64,000 bases of DNA from Candidatus Helarchaeota archaeon (GTDB lineage Archaea; Asgardarchaeota; Lokiarchaeia; Helarchaeales; RDOG01): positions 567,536-631,535 of the forward strand of contig JAHPZH010000001.1 in the NCBI GenBank assembly GCA_019058315.1, given 5' to 3'. Shown here piece by piece: positions 31,932 to 43,226 of the stretch. Made by a program: the position numbers and the translations under genes. Each line of letters opens with the position of its first letter. Position 1 is the first letter of the stretch. A model generated the notes under the pieces. That model did not search any database. It saw nothing but the letters and a program-made list of their open reading frames with translations, and was not told the DNA's origin.

Positions 31932-32579
31932 TTATTCTCCATGAATTAATTTCTCACGAAATTGGTTTTCAATTTCTGTGAAATTTGAAAGGTTTTTTTC
32001 TAATAATGATTTTAAAAGCCGTTCAAGGATATTAGAATAATCTTGTTCATCAAGGTCCAACTGTGTTTTATATCGTTCTATTTTTTCTTGAGTTACGAGC
32101 ATTATAGATAATACTCGGTTCATAGCTTGTGTGACATTCAATACAGAATCATTCCAAAGCTTTTCTATACGGAATATATTATGAATAAAATCTTCTTGGG
32201 CTGAAAGAGAAAACATTCGTATTGATTCCTTTATTTCTTCAGTACTTCCTGCTTCATCAACGGTCTTCTTCAATGAATGATGTAAATTATTAATTCCACT
32301 CAAAGCTTGCTTACGAAGTACGAACCATGTCTTCATATCCTTTATCCCACGTTCTACTATCGCAATATCCTCTGAGATTTTTTTTATAACTTCTTCGACT
32401 TGTTCTAAAAGTTCATCCTTAATTAGAACAGATGGCGATCTGACCCTAACACCCGAAAAATCCTTCTCTATTAGGCTGACGAGCTCAAGAACTTTCGATA
32501 GTGCATTCAGTAAATTTGATATGCTCGGTTCCATTTCAGTTCTTCCTTGATTATTTATTTTTTTATGATAAATTTGCAA
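31932..32579 (-). CDS. Helical/coiled-coil hypothetical protein
   Basis: Heptad-rich sequence; likely start at MEPS. Confidence 0.6.
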   Translation of the reverse strand: MQIYHKKINNQGRTEMEPSISNLLNALSKVLELVSLIEKDFSGVRVRSPSVLIKDELLEQVEEVIKKISEDIAIVERGIKDMKTWFVLRKQALSGINNLHHSLKKTVDEAGSTEEIKESIRMFSLSAQEDFIHNIFRIEKLWNDSVLNVTQAMNRVLSIMLVTQEKIERYKTQLDLDEQDYSNILERLLKSLLEKNLSNFTEIENQFREKLIHGE

Positions 32580-32663
32580 TGTTTAAAAATAAAGGTTTTT
32601 AGATTTTTAAATACAATGTAATTTTAATTAAATAGTTTCAATTTATAACCTTAATTAATTTAA

Positions 32664-33338
32664 CTAATGAGTAATTTTAGAGCAAACAGCATTTTGTCCA
32701 TTTAGAATTTGATAAATTCTAACGGGAAAATTCCCATTTATTAAATAGACTGTTATTTTGTATTTATTTATAAAATTATATAGTGCTTTATCAACACAAC
32801 TCTCATCGTATTTTTTAAGATCCGATGATTTAATTAATTTGATTAATTTTGCATCCGGATTTTTTTTAGGATCCGCAGTAAAAAGACCGTCTACATCCTT
32901 AACTAGAATAACTGTATCAATTTTGAGTTTATTTGCGAAGTAAACGGCTATTGAGTCACTTGTAACATCCCATGAATGAGGTAATTCATCTAATTCTAGT
33001 AAAAATTTTGAAGGAAGTAGAATCGGAATTTTTGATTGGCTTAATATTTTTTGAATATTTTCTAAGTTATAAGTTAAAATTCCATCTTCAATAAATTCTG
33101 CCATTAGAATTCCAACTATATCTTCAGCCATTATTGCCATTTTATGAGCTGTTGAATCTGAATATTTATAAAGTGACTGAAAATTTCGAACTTGGTCTGC
33201 AAATGCCCCACCACCTGGTAGAATTATTATTGAGTGTTCATTTGTAATGTTTTTGAATGTTATAAGTAATTTCTTCAAAGTAACCGGATTTTTTAATAGA
33301 CTTCCTCCAATTTTAATGAGCACTTTCAGTTTTATCAC
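32664..33338 (-). CDS. mfnE: Amino-acid-kinase family protein, methanofuran pathway (MfnE-like)
   Basis: IKIGGSL, PGGGAFADQVR, AHKMAI, LPHSWDVTSDSIA and KDVDG motifs; in an operon with mfnD/mfnF. Confidence 0.8.
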   Translation of the reverse strand: MIKLKVLIKIGGSLLKNPVTLKKLLITFKNITNEHSIIILPGGGAFADQVRNFQSLYKYSDSTAHKMAIMAEDIVGILMAEFIEDGILTYNLENIQKILSQSKIPILLPSKFLLELDELPHSWDVTSDSIAVYFANKLKIDTVILVKDVDGLFTADPKKNPDAKLIKLIKSSDLKKYDESCVDKALYNFINKYKITVYLINGNFPVRIYQILNGQNAVCSKITH

Positions 33339-34402
33339 TTTTGATTGTTCTTAAAAGTATCATAAAGCATCTTTGCTATTGAGATGGATGGAGCGACTAA
33401 TGCTCCTTTACCACCAATAAGAGAATCAAAATCAATAACATTTTTATATCCTAATTCTTCAGCAGCTTTCCTCGCTAAAAAATCTTTCCCAAGACCAGTA
33501 ACAACAATAGGAAAATCCAGATCTTGTATAGCTTCATTATTATTCGTAACTTGTAACAATCCCTCTTTAATCTGTTCTAATTGTTTTCCGTAAATCTCTT
33601 TTGCGATATTTTGAATCTCTTCTTTTGAAAACATTTCAATATCAGCACAAACAATTCGTGCTAATCTTGCATAGGAGTTTTCTGAATCATTGTCTCTACC
33701 ATCTGCTGTATCGCAATTATATTCATTTCTTGTAATATTTCCTAAAATTAAATGAACATCTGCAGCAAGTGCAAATTTTTCAAAAGAGATTCTGCAAGGT
33801 TTACTTTTAATCTCGACTGTTCTAACAATTGATGGTATTGTTGCTCGTAATGAACCCGTATATACTAATTCACCAGCGATTAATCTGTCAAGATCAGTCT
33901 TACTTTCTGTAGCAATTTGTCCCTCAATAATTGGTATAATATCAGTTGTTGTACTACCAATATCTATCAATATACAATTGGAAACGTATTGACCTACTAA
34001 ATAACAAGTTGCAACCCAATTTGAAGCCGCAACAGATAAAGGTGCATTAATAGCTTGAGATATCGAAATAAAATTTCCATCAACAGTTAATACATGGCAT
34101 TTTTTTTCTGAAAATACTTTTTTAAATGAATTTAGGATATGGTTAACACCTTCACGCTTAGTATAAAAAGCATCTGATAACTCAGCAGTCATTGTTATTG
34201 CTATTAAATCAGGCTTGGCTAAAACCATAGTAGAATAAATACTTGATAATATTTCTGGTAATTTTTGACGCTCTTTTAACCACATAGGATAAAATTTTGA
34301 TTGAACTTTAAAACTTTCTATTTTTTCATTTTCTATCTCAACTAATGCTGCTTTAATATTTACTCCGCCAACATCCCAGCCAATAATTTTCAAATTATTC
34401 AC
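33335..34402 (-). CDS. mfnF: Hydantoinase/oxoprolinase-like methanofuran synthesis protein (MfnF)
   Basis: GWDVGGVNIK, TMTAELSDAF, AASNW, DIGSTTTDIIPI, ELVYTG, TADGR and RLARIVCAD motifs. Confidence 0.85.
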   Translation of the reverse strand: MNNLKIIGWDVGGVNIKAALVEIENEKIESFKVQSKFYPMWLKERQKLPEILSSIYSTMVLAKPDLIAITMTAELSDAFYTKREGVNHILNSFKKVFSEKKCHVLTVDGNFISISQAINAPLSVAASNWVATCYLVGQYVSNCILIDIGSTTTDIIPIIEGQIATESKTDLDRLIAGELVYTGSLRATIPSIVRTVEIKSKPCRISFEKFALAADVHLILGNITRNEYNCDTADGRDNDSENSYARLARIVCADIEMFSKEEIQNIAKEIYGKQLEQIKEGLLQVTNNNEAIQDLDFPIVVTGLGKDFLARKAAEELGYKNVIDFDSLIGGKGALVAPSISIAKMLYDTFKNNQK

Positions 34403-35619
34403 TCACCAAAAAATAATTTATTTCTTATATTTTCAAATTGCTTTTTTGAATCTTTTAAGGTTTCTTGATGAGAACAAATAAAAGCTGAAGTTTTTTCATT
34501 CTCTCTTCCTCTAACCACAAATGGTGGAGCAACTATACCCTCTTTAAAATACTTTTCTTTAAAATCGTCTAATGATAAATTAGGAATAATTAGATCTATT
34601 TTAGAAAAATGAGAATAGCCAAGGAACTCAAATTTTGATAGCCGTTCCTCCTTAAAAATAAATAAATCTATTATCGCATTTGTTATATTTTGATTAGAAA
34701 CTGATTTTATACCCACATAAGATGTTGTTAATCGTGGGTTAATTTCCATAAAATATGCTTTTTCAGGAGTTAGGACAAAATCTATACCGATATATCCTTT
34801 TAGACCTTTTATCTTCTTTATTATTTCTTTAGATTGAGTAACAACTTCTTTTTTTAAAGGATGATTAAATGGCGTATAGCCACCTAGATAGGTTGAACTT
34901 TGAAGATCAATATTTTGGTAATTTAAAGTTAAAGGAATTATCTGATTTTCACCAATTAAAAGACTTATACTTGCATCAACTCCTTCAATAAACTCCTGAA
35001 TTATGAATTTATTTGCTGCTGACTCTTTTCTAATCTTTTCCAAAGCTTGGGGAACCTGAACTTCGCGTTGAATTACGGAAATTCCAGCACAAGCTACCCC
35101 ATCTAATGGTTTCATTACAAAGGGTAATCCTATTTCTTTTGATGCTTGAAAAACATCTTCTGAGGGTAAATCAATTGACATTAATTCTGTTTTTGGAATT
35201 TCTGCTATATTTTCTATCCTCTTAATCGTTTGATATTTATCAGTTGTTATTTTTATTGAGGATGCTGATGGTCCTAATAATAGAATCTTTTTATGTTCGA
35301 CAATTTTTGCTAGATTATATAAGATATTATCAGTCTCAGGAGCAATTAAAAAAACTGCATCAATGGAATTAGATAAGATTTTATTAAATTTGACATTAAA
35401 ATTATCTTTGTGCGAAATTTCAATAATAATGTCTGCATTAATGGGGGGATTATATGTTTTTATTCGATAATCGAGAGTTGAGATTATTTTATGCTCAGTT
35501 TTATTAAAATCTGCTAAAATGGAACTGAGCATAGCATACCCCTCACTAAGTATTGAATTAGATACAGGTTGTGTGGCACTGCCACCTCCTGAAAAAAATT
35601 CAAAAACAAAAATACGCAT
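34399..35619 (-). CDS. mfnD: ATP-grasp ligase, tyramine-glutamate ligase-like (MfnD)
   Basis: FVFEFFSGGG, EGYAML, IAPE, KPLDG and EINPRLTTSY motifs; 4-bp overlaps with the next genes. Confidence 0.82.
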   Translation of the reverse strand: MRIFVFEFFSGGGSATQPVSNSILSEGYAMLSSILADFNKTEHKIISTLDYRIKTYNPPINADIIIEISHKDNFNVKFNKILSNSIDAVFLIAPETDNILYNLAKIVEHKKILLLGPSASSIKITTDKYQTIKRIENIAEIPKTELMSIDLPSEDVFQASKEIGLPFVMKPLDGVACAGISVIQREVQVPQALEKIRKESAANKFIIQEFIEGVDASISLLIGENQIIPLTLNYQNIDLQSSTYLGGYTPFNHPLKKEVVTQSKEIIKKIKGLKGYIGIDFVLTPEKAYFMEINPRLTTSYVGIKSVSNQNITNAIIDLFIFKEERLSKFEFLGYSHFSKIDLIIPNLSLDDFKEKYFKEGIVAPPFVVRGRENEKTSAFICSHQETLKDSKKQFENIRNKLFFGE

Positions 35620-35699
35620 AGATAGTTTTATTTTGTCTTATATTTTAAAGTATTTTTAAAAAATATAGTGATTAGTTATCTATATAAAAGAAAGTTGGT

Positions 35700-35765
35700 G
35701 AACTTTGCCTCCACTTGATGGAGGGAGTAGGATTTTTTTCAAAATCTACAGCGGAGGCAAAGTTC
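35700..35765. repeat. GC-rich hairpin (13-bp perfect outer inverted repeat plus inner stem)
   Basis: GAACTTTGCCTCC (35700-35712) / GGAGGCAAAGTTC (35753-35765). Confidence 0.7.
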
Positions 35766-35790
35766 TCGAAAAAATTAAGAAATTGGAGTT

Positions 35791-37905
35791 CTAGAACTCA
35801 AATAATTTATGAAATATATTTCCAGAGTTATTAAATTGTGAAATATTTCCCGAAAAAGACTTAAGATGGTGCTCGTATTGGTTTTCAAATTCGTGTACAA
35901 AATTATTAAGGTTCTGAACCAAGTAGTCATTTGTTTTTCCATTTAATAGAATAATAGCTTGAATATATTCTCCACTACCAATTTCAATATTGAAATTTTT
36001 ATACTTCAAACCTGTAACGGGTGTCTCCTTCTTCGAGATTTCAGATCCAAAGCTTTGTATTGCTGTTATAAAACCACTCACTAAATCTGCATTTAATTCT
36101 ACCGGTCCAAGTTGTTCTTGGTAAATTGCTAGACCATTATTCTGATGTATAACAATTACATAATTAAGAATCGAAAGTCCATAAATTTTTTCTATTAATT
36201 CCAGATTTTTATCGATATTTTCTTGTCCAATTTCAAAATCTTCTATATACTTTTCAAAATCTTCATGGTCCTCTTTGTATAATTTAATATCATAATTTAC
36301 TAAATCACGAAGTTGCTTTAACCAATCTATTAAATCAGATTCTAATTCAATTGCAGTATCTATATCAATACAACTTTCTTCCTCAAACATTCCATTTAGT
36401 TTTATACTCCATTTATTCATACTATCTAAAACTTTAAAATCGGGGTAATATTTTTTTAAACCATTTTTAATCTTCGCTATGGAAGTTGATATTTTTTTTA
36501 TTTTTTCACCATTACAACATGTATTGAAGCATTCTTTTAATTCATTATTATAATTAAAAACATCTATTATTTTCCTAGCAACGTCCTCAGATTTTTCCAA
36601 TGCTTTTAAAGATTGTTCAAGTGAAATTATAATTAAATTTCGAATATAGGCTAACAAACCTGTAGTTTGGGTTAGATCATTTGCCCAAACTTCGATCATT
36701 ATATTTGGTTGATCCATACTAAGTTTTACAACGATTTCTTGTCCTGTTACTTTTACCTTACCCGAATAAAGAGTTGAAAGTTCTTGTTTATTTTCATTTA
36801 CTTTTGATAAATCTAATGCCTTAATTTGACTGAGAGCTATATTAAATGCTTGATTCTGAGAAATATCTCCGTAATCAATTTTAGTTGTGGATTTTTTCAA
36901 AGTTTTAATCCATTTATTAATTTCATATTCAGACATTGTTTGTGGAATTACTAATGGACATTTGATTGCTATCTCTTTTGGGGGGATTGTTATAGTATGG
37001 GCATTACCATAGGCATCTTGATATGAGACTGCACCAAAAATTGTTGATTTTCCACATGTATTTGGAATTAAAGTAAAATCCACGCCTCTAGAATTATTAG
37101 GGGGCAAAATTGGAACTCTCTGTATTGAATCTTCCCAAAAAAATTGATCTGATGGGGTTAATGTAACTGAAATATTACTTATACTCATATTTGAGGTGTT
37201 ATTTAGGGCAACTTTAAACCTAATATTTCCTCCAACGTAATCAAATTCACGTTTAATGGATAAAGTGTCAACAGTTTCATCGGCTTTTGGTATATAAAAT
37301 ACTACGTCATTTTCCACAATAGATTCAATTATATTGTATTTCAATAGTTTTTTTATGTGAGGTTGGATTTGACCATGCTGTAAATCTAAGTTTTTCTCGA
37401 TATCAACGAGCCGAACCTTTTTATAGATATTAATCTGGTGGAGAATTAGTTTTGTTCTCTCATTTCTTAAAACAAGTATTGTTTCATCTTGATTCTCGTC
37501 AGTACCAACTAAGAAATACACTTTTTTATTCATAAATCGTTTACTTCTTAATAAACCAAAAATCTCTAAATACTTCAGGTGTCTAAAAGCCCTATACGCA
37601 CCAAGGCCGAAAATATCCCTTATTTCTCTATTATGTGTGCCTGGGTTCATTTTAATATATTCAAATATCTTCTGTCTTATCTCATTATCCAAAATTGTCT
37701 CTTTGGTTAACCTAGATCCCTCAACAATATACTTTTTTTGATAAAGCTTCTTTATAGAATTTAAAATTTCTTCTTTAGACTGTTCAAGATGAGATATGCA
37801 AGATTTATAAAGATATTTCAACTCAATAGTTCTCTTTTCTGCTCCAATTTTGTTAGCAATATCTAAAATATCTCTCTCTAATTTTCCTACTCCCTCACGT
37901 TGCAA
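35791..37905 (-). CDS. Winged-helix regulator fused to adaptin-appendage-like and longin-like domains (paralog 1)
   Basis: N-terminal wHTH units (NPGTHNREI); central Ig sandwich plus platform (CPLVIPQTMSEYEINKW); C-terminal GLAIY...DLVSGFITAIQSFG...F.G....F longin-like domain. Confidence 0.75.
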   Translation of the reverse strand: MQREGVGKLERDILDIANKIGAEKRTIELKYLYKSCISHLEQSKEEILNSIKKLYQKKYIVEGSRLTKETILDNEIRQKIFEYIKMNPGTHNREIRDIFGLGAYRAFRHLKYLEIFGLLRSKRFMNKKVYFLVGTDENQDETILVLRNERTKLILHQINIYKKVRLVDIEKNLDLQHGQIQPHIKKLLKYNIIESIVENDVVFYIPKADETVDTLSIKREFDYVGGNIRFKVALNNTSNMSISNISVTLTPSDQFFWEDSIQRVPILPPNNSRGVDFTLIPNTCGKSTIFGAVSYQDAYGNAHTITIPPKEIAIKCPLVIPQTMSEYEINKWIKTLKKSTTKIDYGDISQNQAFNIALSQIKALDLSKVNENKQELSTLYSGKVKVTGQEIVVKLSMDQPNIMIEVWANDLTQTTGLLAYIRNLIIISLEQSLKALEKSEDVARKIIDVFNYNNELKECFNTCCNGEKIKKISTSIAKIKNGLKKYYPDFKVLDSMNKWSIKLNGMFEEESCIDIDTAIELESDLIDWLKQLRDLVNYDIKLYKEDHEDFEKYIEDFEIGQENIDKNLELIEKIYGLSILNYVIVIHQNNGLAIYQEQLGPVELNADLVSGFITAIQSFGSEISKKETPVTGLKYKNFNIEIGSGEYIQAIILLNGKTNDYLVQNLNNFVHEFENQYEHHLKSFSGNISQFNNSGNIFHKLFEF

Positions 37906-37999
37906 AAAAAATCCTCCATCTTATGGATTTATTTCAAATAACATTCTCCATCATATTTTTTTTAAATTAATATAATAAAAAAATAAAAGGTGGAATTTA

Positions 38000-40909
38000 T
38001 TAATCTTCTAGATCCTCGACTTCTTTCAGCCATTCTTCTATTTGTTCTTCATCTAGATTAGCAAGATCTTTTAAGAGTAACTCTTTATCTTCCTGTGATA
38101 GATTTCTTAAATTTTGAACTCTGCTATAAAGATCATCTGAAATGACTTTAAATGGTTTTTTGAGCATTTTTTCAACATCCTCAAAGGAAGTTTGTTCCGG
38201 TTTAGTTTCCTCAGATTCGGCTAAGATTGTTCTTATCTCCTTTGCTCCTAATTTAACACCTATTTTACGTTTTCCTTTCATAACCTTTTTTGATTTTACT
38301 TTTGGTGAACGTCTTTTAATAATTACTGTTGTCGCTACTAATGAACTAGCTGCGATACTACCAATTATTATTATTATTATTATGGTAATATCTTCTCCTG
38401 GGGGTATTATAATAATTGGTTTAGGATTCTTTTTCACTTTAAATTCATATACACTTGAATTATTTACTTGTCCACTTGTGTCATTGGCCCAAATTTGGTA
38501 TGAAATAGTTTTTTTGCTTGCATTCAAAGGAACAAATGTAACATAACTCCAATATCCATCTAATAAAGTTCCTGAAGTTAAGTTCATTTCAAAATATTGA
38601 AAAGATCCATATAAATCTGTATAGATTAGGACTTTAGAGATGCCTTTATCGTCCGTTACTCGTGCGGTAATATTAATGATGTCAAGTGGTCTTGGTCTTT
38701 TATTATTAATTGTAACATTTTGAATAGTAGGTAATTCATCAAAAATAACTTGATATTGATAGACACTTGAACTAGTTGAATTGCCATTAGTATCATTTGC
38801 CCAAATGGTATAATTAATTGTTGTTCCAATGGGTTGTTGAGGAATTGTATAATTCCAATAACCATTTTGAGGAGTACCAGATAGAAAATCTGTAGGATAA
38901 TCTAGGAAAATTCCTGTATAATTGGTATTTATTAATACTGTGTCAACCCCCGTTTCATCAGTGATATGCGCTGTTATAGAGACCATGTCCAAATCACTAG
39001 GAATGACTGGATCTTGTGTTACCATAATTATATTTGGCGGTTGCGTATCTGGAGTTCCGTTTCTAGGACCAAGAATACCAATAGTTGGTGGATTAACTAT
39101 CATAAGATTATGGAGATTATCAACAAAACCTTGTTTTTCAGTAACATTAGTAGTTCCGGCATCTAAAAAGAACTGCCATGCTCCAAAGCTGTTAATTACT
39201 TCCCATGGATATGGAAAGGTAGGATTTCTTCCAATAGTTACAAATACATTTGCAGGGTTAGGCCAACCACATTCTCGTATTAAAATATCATCTAAGTAAG
39301 GATCCTGAGTTGTTTCCCATATAGTTATTAAGATATTAGGATCACCAGTGTCTTCTTGAAACATTTTACCTGCATCAACTGCGTTTGGATGACTTTGCCA
39401 ACTAGCACCGGTATAATCAAAAGCTTCATATTGCCAGCTGCTAGATTGATGGTAGTAAACGCCATTAAAATCAATTGTGGCCTCATCGGCTTCAGCACCC
39501 CATACAAACCAGCCCGTAACACCTGAGCCAGGGTAATTATGATACTTATAGATATATGAATTTGCATAATACTTATATACTGACCATCTAGAAGAACTAT
39601 CAACATGCCAAGATTCAACAAAAATTGGACCATCAGAAATAATTGGTTTATTTGTTATCCAACCACCAGCACCTGTATCATATGTACTGGTCTCATGATA
39701 GTCAGACCTTCCTGATAAATGCTCATTCCCATTTTTATCGAACTGCCTAAGTATATCATAATTTACACCATTATCAGTATGCATCAAGACTGAAGCCCCA
39801 TCGGTGAAATTCACTGTATAACCCGTCCTCGAGATGTCGGTATATGCTGCTGGAGCTGTTGGAGTAGAGTTATAATATATACGATAACTTTTTGTTTCAG
39901 AGCCCGTTAGATTATCTATAAATGCGATATCTGCGGATGAAACATATAATATTCTATCTTCTTGATATCCAACATCCCATGAATTGTCGATTGCAGCTAC
40001 ATAGAAAGCTTTGTTTGCTTGTGGACCCGCACTTTCAATATGAAACCGATAAACCGTGGTTTGTACATTACGAAAACCAGTATTTTCGGTGATAATAGAC
40101 CAATTTAAATTAGTATCATCCCAAAAATAAGCCGAATATTGATCTATGGAACAATCAAAATTGATTTTAAAAGTATACCATTTATTTGCTTCATATGGTA
40201 TCCCAGAATCACTATAACCTGAACTATGACCATAATAAAAGGTACCTGAACTATTGAAAGCAACTGATACAGCATATCCATTAGCACCAGTAACTGAAAT
40301 ACCATTATATGTATCTGGACTAGTTGTCATTGTTGTTATATAATATGTTCCATTGACTTGGTTTGAAAAATCATGTTGTATATAACACCAATTTGTTGAA
40401 CTGTTATCATACAATTCAACTACCTTTTTATGACCACCAAAACGAGGTAGAACCCTAACACTAGTATCTGAAAGTTCTTGTACAGTCCATCCACTTGGAT
40501 TTCCCCAATCTGTTGAAGAAGAAAAAGTTTCCCAAGCGTAAGGCTCTAAATTATAAATTTGTGAAATTAATTCGTCTCCAACACCATATGGTGCCTTATA
40601 TACTCGTAAAGAGTCTTTAAAACAGTACTTACTTTGTTCAGTAAAATTTATGGGGTCTATTATGACATCTGTTTGATTTGAGCCAGTATTTTCTGTGATA
40701 TCGAATTGTTTGAAATGTTCAAAGTCTTCAGAACCAGCTATTTCTATATCTAGATCTAGAGATGCATTAGGAACTTGGATAAATGTAAAATTAGCTGAAC
40801 CCGAATTAAGCAAAGAAACTCCAAGATATATTGAACTAAGTAATATTAGACTTGTAAGAGCTAAGAGTAATCCTTTTTTATTTATTCTATTTTTATTTTT
40901 TAATCCCAT
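38000..40909 (-). CDS. Single-pass surface protein with conserved cytoplasmic helical tail (paralog 1)
   Basis: N-terminal signal, beta-rich ectodomain with many N-x-S/T sequons, two Ig-like units (WANDT), TM, basic linker, acidic helical tail. Confidence 0.8.
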   Translation of the reverse strand: MGLKNKNRINKKGLLLALTSLILLSSIYLGVSLLNSGSANFTFIQVPNASLDLDIEIAGSEDFEHFKQFDITENTGSNQTDVIIDPINFTEQSKYCFKDSLRVYKAPYGVGDELISQIYNLEPYAWETFSSSTDWGNPSGWTVQELSDTSVRVLPRFGGHKKVVELYDNSSTNWCYIQHDFSNQVNGTYYITTMTTSPDTYNGISVTGANGYAVSVAFNSSGTFYYGHSSGYSDSGIPYEANKWYTFKINFDCSIDQYSAYFWDDTNLNWSIITENTGFRNVQTTVYRFHIESAGPQANKAFYVAAIDNSWDVGYQEDRILYVSSADIAFIDNLTGSETKSYRIYYNSTPTAPAAYTDISRTGYTVNFTDGASVLMHTDNGVNYDILRQFDKNGNEHLSGRSDYHETSTYDTGAGGWITNKPIISDGPIFVESWHVDSSSRWSVYKYYANSYIYKYHNYPGSGVTGWFVWGAEADEATIDFNGVYYHQSSSWQYEAFDYTGASWQSHPNAVDAGKMFQEDTGDPNILITIWETTQDPYLDDILIRECGWPNPANVFVTIGRNPTFPYPWEVINSFGAWQFFLDAGTTNVTEKQGFVDNLHNLMIVNPPTIGILGPRNGTPDTQPPNIIMVTQDPVIPSDLDMVSITAHITDETGVDTVLINTNYTGIFLDYPTDFLSGTPQNGYWNYTIPQQPIGTTINYTIWANDTNGNSTSSSVYQYQVIFDELPTIQNVTINNKRPRPLDIINITARVTDDKGISKVLIYTDLYGSFQYFEMNLTSGTLLDGYWSYVTFVPLNASKKTISYQIWANDTSGQVNNSSVYEFKVKKNPKPIIIIPPGEDITIIIIIIIGSIAASSLVATTVIIKRRSPKVKSKKVMKGKRKIGVKLGAKEIRTILAESEETKPEQTSFEDVEKMLKKPFKVISDDLYSRVQNLRNLSQEDKELLLKDLANLDEEQIEEWLKEVEDLED

Positions 40910-40977
40910 TATATCTCACCTTTTACTTCAAAGTAGATATTTATTTTCATGGATTAAGAATAAAATCGATTAATTGA

Positions 40978-41007
40978 AATTTAAATAACTAGGGACCAGT
41001 TCTATGC
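40978..41007 (-). promoter_or_regulatory. Conserved upstream element with TATA-like box
   Basis: Minus strand GCATAGAACTGGTCC-N6-ATTTAAATT; matches 46183-46212 with identical spacing. Confidence 0.55.
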
Positions 41008-41114
41008 TCAGTCCAATATTATGCTACTTTGAGTTTTCAAAAATTTAATATTTTAATATAAACCAAAGAAAAAATTACACGAAATAGAGAAATAAGTTTA
41101 TTGATTTCTATATT

Positions 41115-43226
41115 TCAATTTAGGTTAAAAATTCTATGAAAAATATTTTTAGTGCTTTCAAATATCGAAATATTCCCTAAAAAGGATTTTAATTCTTTTT
41201 CATAGTGTCTTTCGAATTCATTAACAAAATTAACTAGAGATTTATTTAACTCATTGGTTGATTTACCATTTAATAAAATAACTGCTCTTGTATATGTTCC
41301 AGTAACTATCTCAATATTATAGTTTTCATATTTTAAACCTTTTACTAAAGTTTCCTTCCTTGAGACTTCAGTTCCAAAACTTTGTATTGCTGTTATAAAG
41401 CCACTTATTAAATCAGCATCCAATTTTACCGATCCAAGTTGTTGTTGATAAAGTGCCAATCCATTTTCCTTATGGGTTACGATGAGAAAATTAAGGATTG
41501 AATGTTCATATTTTTTTCTAATTAATTCTAAATTTTTATTAAAATTTTGTATTCCAATTTCAAAATTTTCTGGTATTTCATCATGGTCATAAGTATCCTT
41601 ATATAATTTTATATCATGGGAGACTAGTTCTTGGCTTTGTTTTAACCAATCAATCATTTCATATTCTAATTCAAGTGCAAGGTCATTATCAATACAATTT
41701 TCTTCTTCATACATTCCTTGAAATTTTAAAATCCATCCATTTATTGAATCCAAAACTTTAAAATCGGGATAAAGAGGTCCTAAATTATTTTTAATTTTTG
41801 TTAAATAACTAATTATTTTTCTAATTTCATCTCCATTACAACAAACATCAAAACAATTCTTTAATTCATGGTTCAAATTGAAAATTTGGTTTATCTTTCT
41901 CATCAATTCTTCAGATTTTTCCAAGGTTTTCTGAGATTGTCCTAAAGAAATTGCAATAAGATTTCTAATATATGCTAATAAACCAGTTGTTTGAGTAAAA
42001 TCTTCAGCCCAAACATCAATGATAATATGAGGTTTATCTATTCTAAGTTTCACGACAATTTGTTTGCCAGTAACTTTAACTTTTCCCGTATATAGGGCAT
42101 ATTCCTTAGAATTATCTTTGATTCTAGATAAATCTAATGCTCCTACATGACTTAAGGCAATATTATACGCTTGAATATCAGAGATATTTCCGTAATCTAT
42201 TTTGGTGGTAGATTTCTTTAAATTTTTAATCCACTGATTAATTTCAAATTGGGACATAGTTTGGGGAATTACTAATGGACATTTAATTGGAATCTCCTTA
42301 GCAGCTATTGTTGTGTTATGTATATTTCCAAAAGCATCTTGATAAGATACAATTCCAAAAACGGTCGATTTACCGCAAGTATTCGGGATTAAAGTAAAAT
42401 CTACACCTATTGAATTATGAGGCCGTAAAACAGAGACTCTTTTTACTGTCTCTTCCCAAAAAAATTGTTCTGAGGGAGTTAATGTCACCGAAATATTACT
42501 AATACTCATATTACTATTGTTTTGTATCGCAACTTTAAACCTAATATTACCTCCGAAATAATCAAATTCACGTTTGACTGTTATTTTATCAACTAATTCT
42601 GAGATTTTAGGAATATAATATACTATATTATTCTCTATTACAGAGTTAATTAACTTATATTCTTCCAGTTTTTTTACATGCGGTTGGATCTGTCCATGAC
42701 TTAAATTTAAAGATTTTCCTAGATCAGATAGTCTAGCTTTTTCCATTGTATTAATCTGATCTAAAATTTGCTTAGTACGTTCGTTTCTTAGGATTAATAT
42801 TTTATCATCTTGATTTTCGTCTGTTCCAACCAAAAAATAAGTGACTTTATTCATAAATCTCTTGCTTCTTAGAAACCCAAATACTTCTAAATAACCGAGA
42901 TTTCTAAGTGTATCATAAGTGCCAAGATTAAATACTCTTTGTATCTCTCTAATATGTGCTCCAGGATTTTGTTCAATATAATCATATATCAACTTTCTTT
43001 TCTTACTATCCAACAAATTTATTTTTGTAAGTTCATATCCTTCAATTAAATACTTTTCTCGAAATAATTTGTGGATTGATTTAACTATATCTTTTTCAGG
43101 ATAATTAAGTTTAGAAATAGCAGCTTTATAAAGCGGTTCTAATTCGATAGGTCTTTTCATTCCCCCAATCTCAACAGCAATTTCTAGGATCTTTCTTTCT
43201 ATGCTGTTTAATTCTTCTTGACCCAA
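41115..43226 (-). CDS. Winged-helix regulator fused to adaptin-appendage-like and longin-like domains (paralog 2)
   Basis: Colinear full-length paralog of 35791..37905. Confidence 0.75.
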   Translation of the reverse strand: MGQEELNSIERKILEIAVEIGGMKRPIELEPLYKAAISKLNYPEKDIVKSIHKLFREKYLIEGYELTKINLLDSKKRKLIYDYIEQNPGAHIREIQRVFNLGTYDTLRNLGYLEVFGFLRSKRFMNKVTYFLVGTDENQDDKILILRNERTKQILDQINTMEKARLSDLGKSLNLSHGQIQPHVKKLEEYKLINSVIENNIVYYIPKISELVDKITVKREFDYFGGNIRFKVAIQNNSNMSISNISVTLTPSEQFFWEETVKRVSVLRPHNSIGVDFTLIPNTCGKSTVFGIVSYQDAFGNIHNTTIAAKEIPIKCPLVIPQTMSQFEINQWIKNLKKSTTKIDYGNISDIQAYNIALSHVGALDLSRIKDNSKEYALYTGKVKVTGKQIVVKLRIDKPHIIIDVWAEDFTQTTGLLAYIRNLIAISLGQSQKTLEKSEELMRKINQIFNLNHELKNCFDVCCNGDEIRKIISYLTKIKNNLGPLYPDFKVLDSINGWILKFQGMYEEENCIDNDLALELEYEMIDWLKQSQELVSHDIKLYKDTYDHDEIPENFEIGIQNFNKNLELIRKKYEHSILNFLIVTHKENGLALYQQQLGSVKLDADLISGFITAIQSFGTEVSRKETLVKGLKYENYNIEIVTGTYTRAVILLNGKSTNELNKSLVNFVNEFERHYEKELKSFLGNISIFESTKNIFHRIFNLN

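Noticed and set aside
35700-35765. Hairpin as a SECIS element
   Set aside because: No convincing SECIS core motif and no in-frame TGA candidate in the flanking genes
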